DNA from: Candidatus Heimdallarchaeota archaeon
GTDB lineage: Archaea > Asgardarchaeota > Heimdallarchaeia > Heimdallarchaeales > Heimdallarchaeaceae
Direction of reading: 5' to 3'
DNA length: 64,000 bases
Assembly: GCA_030603365.1 (NCBI GenBank)
Contig: JAUVXV010000003.1
Span: 128,001 to 192,000, forward strand
The notes beneath the pieces were generated by a model that was not told the origin of the DNA, made no database searches, and worked only from the letters and a program-made list of their open reading frames with translations. The position numbers were made by a program, and so were the translations under genes. Positions 26,903 to 37,293 of this stretch are shown in pieces; the stretch's first letter is position 1, and each line of letters opens with the position of its first letter.

Positions 26903-28498
26903 TTAGTAATAGATACTCTCATCTTTAGTATAATATTCTTCAATTTTAAAGATCTTCTTAGATATAGCTACAAAGGGTAGGGCAAAGATTAGCATAAATG
27001 CAATTGAGAAGAACATGATGTAAAACATATTATCTCCAGTATAGTATTCAAAAATACCTAGATTTAGAGTATCGACTAAGGATAACACACCTACTACAGC
27101 AAAACCTGCTCCAAGAATAGTGTAAATAACTGCAATTAGATACACTCTGATTTTCTTGTTCCATTGAAATTTCTTTCCTGCTTTAATCTTATTTCCTCCT
27201 AAAAATCCATTTCCTAGAGGAATGAGCAAGAATGGTGCCATTAGAGCCCCATATAACATAAAGAAAAGAACATACCACCATTTGAATTTGAAGTCATTTG
27301 ATTTCTTTGAATAAGCTCCAACAAATCCAAAAACACCAAAATAAACTAGAGCTATAATCACAGGCATAATAATGAGAGCGAGTTGATCAATGCCAAGAGC
27401 TCGATACATTGGCATATCTGTGAAGTAATGCACAATGAAAAGCGCTCCCATGAAATAAAATGCAGTTAAAACAACCACAACAGTTGAATTCATGAAAATA
27501 TCTACTCTTTGACGAAGTCGTAATTTACTAACAATAAGCTCTTTCTTATGATCCAAAACTGCACCAAATTGTCCTTTTGTCCATCTGAACATCTGAGACA
27601 TTTTATGGTCAAAAGATTCAGTAGACAAACCTTTTGCAGCTACTTCATTTAACCAATATCCATAGTGACCTTTTGCAGCTATAGTAATGTAGTGATCATA
27701 ATCTTCAGATAGTTTGTTTTCAGGTAGAGGATAGAGATGTTCTTTTCGAAAACAGGCTGAAGTACCAAAGAAAACAACAGATTTTATTCTTCTCTTCCCA
27801 CCTTCTGCAACAAACAATTGGTGAGTAGACATAGTCTCCCAAATATGAAGAAAATTAGTTACGCTTCTGAACTCATACTTAGCTTGAATGAAAGCATACT
27901 CTGGGTATTGTTCTAGAATAGCTACAAACTTATCTAAAATATCAGGAACGGGTATTTGATCAGAATCAAAAACTACAACATATGTCGCTTTTGATTTCAC
28001 TAAGGTTTGATTAACAACGCCTGCTTTGTAGGATCTGCCTTTTCCTCGCAAATAGGTGAAATTATACTTCTCGGCTAATTTTTCAGCAGATTCCTGATAT
28101 TCTGGTAAGGAATTATCATCTGCGATCCAGACATTGAAATTGGGATAAGTGAATTTACTGCAACCCTCAAGAGTTTCATTGAGAATTTTCGGATTGACAT
28201 TATGAACTGGAACTATCACATCTACAGAAGGATGTTCTTTTAGTTTCTTGATATCGTAATCAATAGCTCCTATGTCAAGATAACCATCAATATTCTGAAT
28301 TAGGAAATAAGTGGCATACAATGGACCTAAGAGTTCGAAAATGAGTACGAGCAGATTTAGGATAACTCCACCAGCTCCTAAATTAACATAGTTAACGACA
28401 AAAGCAGCAATAGAAGAGCCAAAATAAAGAAGAAAGAGACAATATAAGATGAAACCGAAAATGTGATTCAGTCGACTGAGGGTTTTCTTGGTTGGCAT
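26903..28498 (-). CDS. Processive GT2 glycosyltransferase (cellulose-synthase-like)
   Basis: ADD, YKAG, FDSDQ, SEDY, QMFRW (D,D,D,QxxRW) with flanking TM helices. Confidence 0.9.
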   Translation of the reverse strand: MPTKKTLSRLNHIFGFILYCLFLLYFGSSIAAFVVNYVNLGAGGVILNLLVLIFELLGPLYATYFLIQNIDGYLDIGAIDYDIKKLKEHPSVDVIVPVHNVNPKILNETLEGCSKFTYPNFNVWIADDNSLPEYQESAEKLAEKYNFTYLRGKGRSYKAGVVNQTLVKSKATYVVVFDSDQIPVPDILDKFVAILEQYPEYAFIQAKYEFRSVTNFLHIWETMSTHQLFVAEGGKRRIKSVVFFGTSACFRKEHLYPLPENKLSEDYDHYITIAAKGHYGYWLNEVAAKGLSTESFDHKMSQMFRWTKGQFGAVLDHKKELIVSKLRLRQRVDIFMNSTVVVVLTAFYFMGALFIVHYFTDMPMYRALGIDQLALIIMPVIIALVYFGVFGFVGAYSKKSNDFKFKWWYVLFFMLYGALMAPFLLIPLGNGFLGGNKIKAGKKFQWNKKIRVYLIAVIYTILGAGFAVVGVLSLVDTLNLGIFEYYTGDNMFYIMFFSIAFMLIFALPFVAISKKIFKIEEYYTKDESIYY

Positions 28499-28591
28499 AG
28501 ATAATCAAACAATCATTAGTACCTATTATTAAATTTTTACAAACAAGTTTTACAAACCCATGTTTAAGAGCTAATTTATCTGCTGAATGAT

Positions 28592-28607
28592 TTTTGGTAA
28601 AACTAAA
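28592..28607. promoter_or_regulatory. Possible DtxR-family metal-repressor operator
   Basis: TTTTG-GTAAAA-CTAAA, one mismatch to TTTAG-N6-CTAAA, upstream of the iron permease. Confidence 0.35.
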
Positions 28608-28659
28608 CCTTTTTTTGATGATTGACGAAATGTTGCATGACTTTTAGCAGGGAATTAAG

Positions 28660-29520
28660 ATGTTCAGTACAGTTAGTTTTCTAATTACACTTCGAGAAGC
28701 AATAGAAGCAGCCCTTATCATAGGGATTCTGCTAGTTTATGTTACCAAAATAGGTGAAAAGAAATTTAGAAAACAAATATGGATTGGAACAGGAATTGGT
28801 GTCCTTCTTTCAATTCTCTCTGCTGTGATTTTCCAATTTGTACTAGGAGGATTTGCTAGTTATGAAGAGATTTTTGAAGGATTTGCAATGATATTTGCTT
28901 CATTATTATTGACATGGATGATTATTTGGATGGTAAAAGCAAGTAAGAACCTTAGAGAAAAAATTGAAGCCAAAGTAGATAATACAATATTAAATCAGCA
29001 GAAATATGGTCTTTTAGCACTAGCCTTAATTTCTGTATTTCGAGAAGGAATCGAGACTGTACTTTTTTTGGCTGGTGTTGGAGCTGTTGAGGAGAACTTC
29101 TGGGTAGTATTGTGGTCGGGAATATTGGGAATAGTGGTTGCTATTGTAATATCAATATTGATTTTCTATTCAGGGAAGAAAATTAACCTCAAATGGTTTT
29201 TCTTAATAACAAGTTTCTTGCTGATACTTTTTGCAGCCGGAATGATAACTCACGGTTTTCATGAATTTCAAGAAATTGGATGGTTTGGATCTGAAACTCA
29301 TTGGTTCCAACAGTATGTGTGGGATAGCAGTGCTATTCTTAACGATAAAACAAGTGAATTAGGTAAATTCCTAAGAGCTTTGTTTGGATATCAAGATAAA
29401 CCAACGTGGTTAGAGATAATAGTATACTTAAGTTTCTATGTGATTTTAGGGTTGATTTTCATAATTACAAGTTGGATTTCAAAGAGAAGAGAACTTGAAA
29501 TTGAAGAATCCACTACTTGA
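28660..29520 (+). CDS. FTR1/EfeU-family iron permease
   Basis: Two RExxE motifs (REAIE, REGIE), 7 TM, LRALFGY. Confidence 0.93.
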   Translation: MFSTVSFLITLREAIEAALIIGILLVYVTKIGEKKFRKQIWIGTGIGVLLSILSAVIFQFVLGGFASYEEIFEGFAMIFASLLLTWMIIWMVKASKNLREKIEAKVDNTILNQQKYGLLALALISVFREGIETVLFLAGVGAVEENFWVVLWSGILGIVVAIVISILIFYSGKKINLKWFFLITSFLLILFAAGMITHGFHEFQEIGWFGSETHWFQQYVWDSSAILNDKTSELGKFLRALFGYQDKPTWLEIIVYLSFYVILGLIFIITSWISKRRELEIEESTT

Positions 29521-29612
29521 CCCTCAATGTAACATTTAAAAGTATGAAAAGTAATAGTTGAGAATAGAACCATTAGAGGTTAATAATTCTAAAATATTAA
29601 AGAGGTATAAAC

Positions 29613-30596
29613 ATGGTAGAAGTATTAGAATGGCCACTTGGAAAAGGAAATGAAATAATGTACAGACATCCTCGTGATACTATCAACTGGGGAGATATGG
29701 TAAATGTTCTTCCAAACCAAGTTGCAGTATTCATCAAAGATTCAGTAGTCTATGATGTTCTTAAGGGTGGAAGACACTTGATGAAAACCAAGAATATTCC
29801 ATTTTTGACAACATTACTATCCAGAATAGTTGGATATGACAAAAGTCCGTTTAACTGTCAAGTTGTCTTTGTCAATATGGCTGATTTTCAAGGTAAATTC
29901 GGAGGGCGATCACAAACACAGGAATTAGCTCCTCTGCAATTCTTTGGCGATTATTACTACAAGATAGATGATATACAGAAATTTGTTTTTGAAATAGCAG
30001 GAAACAGAAATATCTATACAACAGCTGCATTCAATGAATTCTTTCGCTCATTTATTGTGGAATCTGTTATTAGCAAACTATCAGAAAAAAGTATAGTTGA
30101 TCTAATGTCCAATTTAGGAAAAACTTCAGATTTCGTAGAAGATGAAGTAAAACCTGATCTCAAAGAATTCGGAATAAAATTGAAAACTTTAAAGTTTGGA
30201 GGCCTAGATACTACACCTGAATACAGAGATAGACTCTTCTGGATGCGTTCAGGTGTTTCTGCAAATCAAGTACAACAGTATGCTGGAATGGCAAAAGTAG
30301 TTGAAAAACTCCCAGAAGGTGGTAGTGGATTGACAGGAGCTGTTATGATTAACAATCTTTTCTCAAGAGGCGAAATAAAACAAGCCAACAAGATTGAAGA
30401 GAAAGGAGATGTTGAAGCAGCTTTTATTACTTGTAACCAATGTAAGAACAAAATTTCTCCAGCAGCTAAATTCTGTGCAAGCTGTGGTGATCCAACTGAC
30501 GATGAAAAGAGTGGCAAAATGAAGTTTTGCACCAACTGTGGATCTAAGAATGATACTGGCGCTAAATTCTGTGGCAACTGTGGTGACAAGATCTAA
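29613..30596 (+). CDS. SPFH (band 7) domain protein with double zinc ribbon (YdjI-like)
   Basis: VLPNQVAVF..GGRH...TKNIPFLT..SPF.CQVVFVN; C-terminal CNQC/CASC/CTNC/CGNC. Confidence 0.88.
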   Translation: MVEVLEWPLGKGNEIMYRHPRDTINWGDMVNVLPNQVAVFIKDSVVYDVLKGGRHLMKTKNIPFLTTLLSRIVGYDKSPFNCQVVFVNMADFQGKFGGRSQTQELAPLQFFGDYYYKIDDIQKFVFEIAGNRNIYTTAAFNEFFRSFIVESVISKLSEKSIVDLMSNLGKTSDFVEDEVKPDLKEFGIKLKTLKFGGLDTTPEYRDRLFWMRSGVSANQVQQYAGMAKVVEKLPEGGSGLTGAVMINNLFSRGEIKQANKIEEKGDVEAAFITCNQCKNKISPAAKFCASCGDPTDDEKSGKMKFCTNCGSKNDTGAKFCGNCGDKI

Positions 30597-30598
30597 AA

Positions 30599-30630
30599 TT
30601 CTTTTTCTTTTCTTTCTTTTTCTTATTTTC
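30599..30630 (+). terminator. Oligo-T terminator
   Basis: Long T-rich tract after stop 30596. Confidence 0.6.
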
Positions 30631-30700
30631 AGAAAAATTGTTAGCTTAATATTCCTTTAACAATTACTAAGCCAACAAGTAAAATAATATCTGTAGGATT

Positions 30701-30744
30701 TGTTCTATTGCAGAACAGAAGTGTTCTGGAAAGGGGTTTATAAA
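30701..30744 (+). promoter_or_regulatory. Overlapping palindromes TGTTCT-N5-AGAACA-N4-TGTTCT upstream of TATA box TTTATAAA
   Basis: Read directly; TATA at 30737-30744, ATG at 30765. Confidence 0.55.
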
Positions 30745-30764
30745 AGATAAAATTATGGGATAAA

Positions 30765-31526
30765 ATGAGTATTATGAAAATTAAACCAATCAATAAAAGC
30801 ATTATTTTTGGAGTAGTAACGGCTTTACTAACAACTTCATTAATAATAGGTGTTTATTTAGGAATAACTTCTACCGAAAAAAATCAGTTTTTACCCCCCT
30901 TCGAATGGGATTCCTCCTCACTAAAAACTCTTTCTTTACAGATGAATGAGCGTTCAGAGTATATATTAGCAACTTCTATAGAAACCAACATCAATGATAG
31001 TAGTGGTATGATGGTTTCTTATTTCAATCATTCCGTTCATTCAATTTATAGTTGGTATAATACTGAAACAGAAGAATGGCTGTTGGTAATAAACGACTAC
31101 CTTAATAGTAGTCAGGATTATGATACAATTTACAAAATCCAACCAGATATTTTATCTCCATTTTATCTTTCCCTAAATGCTGATCTCCAAACAATACAAA
31201 ATCAAGTTGATATAAGCGAGAATTACAGTGAAGAATTAGCATTAAGAGAATCTGCTGACCTCGCTATAATATCTATAATGATAACACATGCATATCAAGA
31301 TGGAACATTGATTATTGTTGAAGCTTTTGAAAACACTATTTTAGTACGTCTCATAAGTTTTATAGCGTATCATGGTGATTTTAATAGCTGGGGTGTAGAA
31401 ATAGACCCCAAAGCAGAATTTGATGATGGTAGGGTTAAGTATGATATCTTTTACAAGGCAGATATTCCTGAGTTCTTACCAAATTATACAAATGCAACTA
31501 ATGCGTTTTTAGAACTATTTTACTAA
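30765..31526 (+). CDS. N-terminally membrane-anchored extracellular hypothetical protein
   Basis: Basic N-terminus + one TM, then an acidic soluble domain. Confidence 0.75.
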   Translation: MSIMKIKPINKSIIFGVVTALLTTSLIIGVYLGITSTEKNQFLPPFEWDSSSLKTLSLQMNERSEYILATSIETNINDSSGMMVSYFNHSVHSIYSWYNTETEEWLLVINDYLNSSQDYDTIYKIQPDILSPFYLSLNADLQTIQNQVDISENYSEELALRESADLAIISIMITHAYQDGTLIIVEAFENTILVRLISFIAYHGDFNSWGVEIDPKAEFDDGRVKYDIFYKADIPEFLPNYTNATNAFLELFY

Positions 31527-31548
31527 ATCTCTCGGAAAACGTGATTCA

Positions 31549-32025
31549 ATGAATAAGCAACCAGAAACCAAATTCGAGCAAATACTTACAAATCCAATCA
31601 CACTAAAGATTTTCATTTTCTTAAAATCAAAAAATCCTGGAAGCGTAGGAATACGTGAAGTAATGAGAGCAACCAAAATGAAAAGTTCAAGCACAGTTAG
31701 TCGGCATCTAGAAACAATGGATGAAATTGGGTTAGTTCAAAAACTCCCATCAAATAGATACGTTTTAACTTCTAATGGTTTATCAATACGAAGTTTCCAA
31801 GTTCCAGTAAAATTAACTACAAATCTGTTTAAAGGATACTTTGTCCCAATCTCTACCTATCAAATCAGTTTTTTAGTTGTGATGAGTCTTTTAACATTCA
31901 TACTATTATGGTATGATATGTTACTTGCTGCAATAAATGGATTAGTAGGACTAATCATTGGATTATTGATAAGCTTGAAACAATGGTTCACAATAATGAA
32001 ACAGATGAAAGCTTATAGATTATGA
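31549..32025 (+). CDS. Winged-HTH regulator with two C-terminal TM helices
   Basis: GIREVMRATKMKSSSTVSRHLETMDEIGLV..Y.LT..G, then a TM hairpin. Confidence 0.85.
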   Translation: MNKQPETKFEQILTNPITLKIFIFLKSKNPGSVGIREVMRATKMKSSSTVSRHLETMDEIGLVQKLPSNRYVLTSNGLSIRSFQVPVKLTTNLFKGYFVPISTYQISFLVVMSLLTFILLWYDMLLAAINGLVGLIIGLLISLKQWFTIMKQMKAYRL

Positions 32026-32225
32026 TGTACTTCAGTTTTGATTTATAACTGAATTTTCATCGCCCAAGCATTCTAAAGTTTCTATTTTTCTTCATTATTT
32101 TTCAATATTCAAGATTTCGAATAAGATCCAGTTTACTTTGTCATATAAATCTGGTTTCTTGATTGGTTCAATTTTATTATGAATATTTTCAGACAATAGA
32201 AATCACTTCTGAATAAAAGCTTCAA

Positions 32226-32941
32226 TTACTTACTTACTTCTACTTTTCCTTCATCCAACTTCAAGTAATAGAAAATCGCTATTGATTGTATAACAAATGC
32301 AATCTTTAAACACCAATTAAACAATGTATGACCAATTCTTTGACTAGTAATGAAAATAGTATTTGATCCCCCAGAATTATCTATAAGAAATCCTATGAAA
32401 ATAACTATAGCATAAATTATTGCAATACTGAACATTGATAGGTAAGTCCATTTATTGATTTTGGGGAAATCCTTGTTCCTGAAAAATGCGATAGTGTACA
32501 GCAAAACAGCTGCTATCAATGAACCTGCCGCTGCTTCAATGAGGTGATTATGAGCAGGATGTTGTTCAACATAGAGAACTCCAAGATATAGTCCAGCTTG
32601 AGCTATACCAAAAAAAGATCCAAAAATACTTAGATATTTAGTCAGTTTATCTTTGGTAAAATACTTCCAGATAATTGAATGATAAACAATTGAAAAAACG
32701 ACATAACATAGATAGCAGTGCGGTATAATGGTTGTGAGATTGGATTGGGTTTACCACTTGGAGTAGGATCCCTCCCTAGATCTGTCAATGTATTATAGAC
32801 AAAATCAAATCCTTCTGTATCACCTGTTACATGATTCCCCCCTGGATAATATATCATAGCAACTGCTTCTAATGTAAGCGCAATTACAATTAGACTAGCT
32901 AAGCTGATAAAAGTGATTCTAAGTAACTTTCTTTTCATCAT
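32226..32941 (-). pseudogene. DUF998-like membrane protein split by a one-base frameshift in a homopolymer
   Basis: YYPGG...NTLTDLG N-half. Adding one T to the T6 run (A6 at 32693-32698) joins it to 32226..32519 via SIVYHSIIWKYF...GSFFGIAQAG...HNHLIEAAAGSL. Confidence 0.8.
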
Positions 32942-32983
32942 CGCAAGATTAGTTTGTAGGACGAATATTTAAGCTTTCAACAG

Positions 32984-33292
32984 TTATTGTATTTGTTGCT
33001 CTCTTAGATTTCTAATAAATTCGAGATTAGTATGGTCACCATTAATTCGTTCCTCAATTGGATAACAACTAACCTTTAGAGCTTCTAGAATTGCTATAGG
33101 ATTTTCTGCAGAGCAATTGCACACTCTTATCTTAAATCTAGGTACATGTATCTTCCCTGACATTATCCCCCCAGTAGATAATTCATTACAATCAGCATTC
33201 CAGATACAGTCTGTTTTTTCACATCTTCGGTATCTAGTACCATACTTATTTACAAAAACTGTCTCACCCTCAAAGCACATTTTCCTCGCCAT
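32984..33292 (-). CDS. Small Cys-rich hypothetical protein
   Basis: 102 aa, 7 Cys, ATG start. Confidence 0.6.
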   Translation of the reverse strand: MARKMCFEGETVFVNKYGTRYRRCEKTDCIWNADCNELSTGGIMSGKIHVPRFKIRVCNCSAENPIAILEALKVSCYPIEERINGDHTNLEFIRNLREQQIQ

Positions 33293-33426
33293 GAATACCC
33301 CATTTTTTGAAGCATGTTAACTATTAAAAAGACATGTACTACTCGAGTAAAACGTATTACACTTTATTATATGTAACATTGATTTGGAACCAGTTCTCCA
33401 TAATGTTTATTTAACGAATACTACAT

Positions 33427-34527
33427 TTGTATTTCATGGCTTATGATGCACTATTTTATACCATAGGTGCAGTTCTTGTAGGAACTGCATTATTTACTTT
33501 AATTGTTGCTTTAACTGCACGAAAAATAGACTTTGGTGATAGACTCTTTAAGATTAGAGATAGAAAAACTTTGGTACCTAGAGGACCAGTTAGGAGAAAG
33601 GCATTGGAAGGAATACCAGCCCCTTCATCCGAACCAAAAGATGAAGTCGAAGTTGTTTATGATAGTAAAAAAGCAGCGAAAAGTAAGATGAAAGCAAAAC
33701 GTGCTAAACCTAGTAGGATAGAATCATCAGAACCTGTAGAAAGAGATATAGTGGCTGATGAAGAATCAGATAGATATTATGAAGATGCTCTGACTGGACC
33801 TGCACCTGGAACTGGGTTTGCACCTAAAATGGAAGAAGCATCAGAAGAGCTTGAAGAATCATTAAAGGACTTTGATGATGAACCTGAAATGGCTGAAGAA
33901 GCTGAAATCATTGATGTATCTGAGACTATAGAAGAAGGTCATTCACGCGATTTGTCCATTCGTTTACCAAAAAATATGTGTTTAGACGAAGTATTCAGAC
34001 TCAAAATAACTCTTATCAAAGCAGAGGAATTTAGTGAGGATCTCACAATAAAAGAACTTGAACTTGATAAGAAAGAAGCTGAATATTTCTCACTTAATGT
34101 TACTAAACTTGGAGAAAAAGTTACTGAGGCAACTACAAGAATAGTTGGTCTTAAGGAAGGAACATTAATAGTGAGACCAATAGCTATCGGTAATGTTGCA
34201 GTTGTTACTCCAGGACAAAGAACAGTATTCTTTGATTCCGAAGAAGAAGAGATAGTAGTTGAGTTCTTTTTAACTCCAACAAAATGGTCTAAAGATCTAA
34301 TTAGTAATCTGAGGATCGAATTTGAACAAGAATACAAGGTTATCAAATCTGTTAACATTCCAGTAAAAATCTATAAGAGAAAACTGGAAGCTATTTTTGG
34401 TATAAATATCTCAAGATGGCAATACTATGCTTTGTTTGTTTATTCAGCTTTGGGAACTATATCTGGTCTGATAAGTTTCTTTAATGAAAAAGTAGTACAA
34501 TGGTTTCTGTATCTGGGTACTTTATAA
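33427..34527 (+). CDS. Hypothetical protein: N-terminal TM, acidic disordered linker, beta-rich domain, C-terminal TM
   Basis: Hydrophobic ends, Glu/Asp-rich middle. Confidence 0.75.
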   Translation: MYFMAYDALFYTIGAVLVGTALFTLIVALTARKIDFGDRLFKIRDRKTLVPRGPVRRKALEGIPAPSSEPKDEVEVVYDSKKAAKSKMKAKRAKPSRIESSEPVERDIVADEESDRYYEDALTGPAPGTGFAPKMEEASEELEESLKDFDDEPEMAEEAEIIDVSETIEEGHSRDLSIRLPKNMCLDEVFRLKITLIKAEEFSEDLTIKELELDKKEAEYFSLNVTKLGEKVTEATTRIVGLKEGTLIVRPIAIGNVAVVTPGQRTVFFDSEEEEIVVEFFLTPTKWSKDLISNLRIEFEQEYKVIKSVNIPVKIYKRKLEAIFGINISRWQYYALFVYSALGTISGLISFFNEKVVQWFLYLGTL

Positions 34528-34590
34528 CCCAATCTCTCATTTTTTTCCATCATATTTTAATATCCCAATTGAACTTTTCAAAAGAATAGT

Positions 34591-35715
34591 ATGGTTGATA
34601 AAATCCAAGTAGGCATAATCGGTTTAGGGAGAATTAGCTCTCTGCATCTTTCAGCTTACAAACCTGAAAACGAATTAGATGCTGAATTAATTGCTGTATG
34701 TGATAAGAATAAGAAAAGGGCACAAGAAGTAGCAAAAGAATTCAATGTGGAACATGTCTATACCAACTATGAAGATTTACTCTCAAATGAGGAAATTGAT
34801 GCAGTCGAGATTTTAACACCTCATCATCTTCATGCAGAACAAACAATTAAAGCTGCAAAAGCAGGGAAACACATCTCTTTGCAGAAAGTACCAGCAATGA
34901 CTTTATCTGAAATGGATAAAATGATAGAAGCAACGAAAAAGAATAAGATGAAATTCAGAGTTTTTGAAAATTTTAGATTTTACTCTCCTTACCAGTATGC
35001 AATGGATTTGATAAATAAAGGAATAATAGGTAAGACTGAGAGAGTAGATTGTAGAATGTGGAATGGGTTAAGTGCTCTTTCTGGGTGGAAAGTCCCTTTA
35101 ACCTCATGGAAATGGAGATTTAGTGAAAAAGGAAATTATAAATCTCCACAACTTTTTGATGATGGCTATCATAAACATAGCATCATTGCTCAATTTCTAG
35201 GCGAACCAATAGACTCAGTTCTAGTCTGGACAGGAGAATTCAAAATTCAAGGTGTCGTAAGACATGATACTCCTTCTGTTGTTATATACTCGTGTAAAAA
35301 TAAAGCTCATTATGGAACCTGGAATGTGAGCTTACACAAATTTCTACCAATGGAATCAGATTTTTATGCTTGCGATGAATATGTGGAAATTATTGGTGAG
35401 AAAGGAGCAATCTTCATCCCTGGATGTACAGGTAGTTTCTTTGAAAGTTGCGGAGCTAGTGCTCCTGGTCAAGCTGGAGTTCACTGGGTGGATGAAACTG
35501 GAAAATGGCATTCTAAAATAGATTTGGACACTACTTGGGATTCTTCCTTTATTAATTGCTCAAGAGAGTTTATAGAAGGAATTCGAGAAGATAGAGATAT
35601 AGACTTGACACCTAAAGAAGCCAGATATATCCTGCAAATAGGGCTTGCGGTTGTTCGTTCTATCAGAAATAATTTCAAGGAAGTTAAAATTAAAGATATA
35701 ACTGATAAACCTTAG
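34591..35715 (+). CDS. Gfo/Idh/MocA oxidoreductase
   Basis: VGIIGLGRI, ILTPHHLH, AGKHISLQK, ENFRF, DDGYH. Confidence 0.92.
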   Translation: MVDKIQVGIIGLGRISSLHLSAYKPENELDAELIAVCDKNKKRAQEVAKEFNVEHVYTNYEDLLSNEEIDAVEILTPHHLHAEQTIKAAKAGKHISLQKVPAMTLSEMDKMIEATKKNKMKFRVFENFRFYSPYQYAMDLINKGIIGKTERVDCRMWNGLSALSGWKVPLTSWKWRFSEKGNYKSPQLFDDGYHKHSIIAQFLGEPIDSVLVWTGEFKIQGVVRHDTPSVVIYSCKNKAHYGTWNVSLHKFLPMESDFYACDEYVEIIGEKGAIFIPGCTGSFFESCGASAPGQAGVHWVDETGKWHSKIDLDTTWDSSFINCSREFIEGIREDRDIDLTPKEARYILQIGLAVVRSIRNNFKEVKIKDITDKP

Positions 35716-35944
35716 AAGTAACAGCAAAAAATGAACAGTTGGATACGAATATGAACCTAAACATCAATTAGCTCTACAGTTAGCGGAAGAAGAATATCCA
35801 CATCCATGATATAAAGCTCTTTTATAAGCTAGTCTAGGATCTCTATTATCTATGCCAAATTCATTGTCTTTTTCAGAATTCACAAATAGAAATTTACATT
35901 CTATTATATATAAAATGAGTGAGAAAAAGAAGGGAGATTACAGT

Positions 35945-37066
35945 TCACATTGCAATCCTTTTATCAGGAAAAATTACTTCGTATTCCTTTCTTTCGATTG
36001 GATCACTTAGAGAAAAACTATACCAGTCATTATGGGTTGGAGGACCAAAACAAACTTCAACACATTTTTTCGAAACATTGAAGCTTATAGACCACAAAGT
36101 TCCAAAGAAATCTGTGTACCAATGACAACATAAACCTTTGGGAAATTCCTTGCTTAGAAACTCTCTTACATCTTTCTGTGTAATATTATCTTTTACCTCT
36201 TGAATAAAAGATTCAATAGTTTCGTATCTCTTCTGAGAATTTGGAAGAAGCCAAGGGTTGTTGAATTTGTTATATTCTAGATTCTTAGAAAGATTATAAT
36301 GATTAGTTGCTATAACATATTCTTTTTCACTTGTATTATCATATTTTTCTATTATGAAACAACCATCAAAACCTTCCATCAAAGCAGCTTTACCAGATTT
36401 ATCAGAGAGAATGAAAGTTGTTGATCCTTCAGTCGGTATTTTCTCTAATAGTTTTGATGCTTCTGCAACATTCTTACAATTATCTAGTAAAACACGTGTG
36501 ACTAAAGACCAATTTATCGATTTAGTTTCCATTTTAGCATTCCATGCACCACCAGCTGAGTTAGTTACACATAACCCTTGATCATTCAATCCATCGTAAC
36601 GACCATAAACCATACCTGAAAAACCGATGTGTTTATACTTTCCTTTTACCTGAGTAGTTCTGAGTTGTAGGTCTTCATCATTATGATTCCATTCATAACT
36701 TCTACCTACTAATACTTCATTATTTTTAGTTAAAGGTGGGAGAAGAGTGAATTGACTACATTGTTGAATTGAATTTGGAAAATCATAGAAGAAGAGTTTA
36801 TTGAGCTCTGTTTCCAATTCTTCTGCAAAACCTTGAGCTTCTTCACTCAAACCAGGGCACAGTTCATCATAGAATTCATAAACTTTGTTAAAACTAGAGA
36901 ATTTTGACTTTTCAACATTGAATTTTCCAGATGTATACATCTTCACAGCAGCTTTATTTTTCTTAATAATCTCGCCTTGTTTCTTACCTATCTCATAATG
37001 TGATCCTTCCAACAAATGGTGTTCAAATTTCATATTATGTATTGTGTATTTTTCGTTCATTTTCAA
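35945..37066 (-). CDS. Peptidase C45 / AAT-family Ntn hydrolase
   Basis: GSHYEIG..QG, Q|CSQF nucleophile, GRSYEW, DGLNDQGL, ATNHY. Confidence 0.88.
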   Translation of the reverse strand: MKMNEKYTIHNMKFEHHLLEGSHYEIGKKQGEIIKKNKAAVKMYTSGKFNVEKSKFSSFNKVYEFYDELCPGLSEEAQGFAEELETELNKLFFYDFPNSIQQCSQFTLLPPLTKNNEVLVGRSYEWNHNDEDLQLRTTQVKGKYKHIGFSGMVYGRYDGLNDQGLCVTNSAGGAWNAKMETKSINWSLVTRVLLDNCKNVAEASKLLEKIPTEGSTTFILSDKSGKAALMEGFDGCFIIEKYDNTSEKEYVIATNHYNLSKNLEYNKFNNPWLLPNSQKRYETIESFIQEVKDNITQKDVREFLSKEFPKGLCCHWYTDFFGTLWSISFNVSKKCVEVCFGPPTHNDWYSFSLSDPIERKEYEVIFPDKRIAM

Positions 37067-37293
37067 ACCTTCACAGATTGTAAAATAAACGTCTAAATGT
37101 GCCCTTATAACATTTTTCCGCTTTATTTTAAATACAGTGTCAGAAGAATTAAATACATTTAAATTCGCCTTACATTTTCAGTAAAATTACAAAAAAAATG
37201 AGTAAAAATATTTTATTCTAATTTAAACTATTCATACTGATTTTAAATTTGCATTACACGGTTTCTGTTTCTTCGATGAGAATCTACCAGAAA

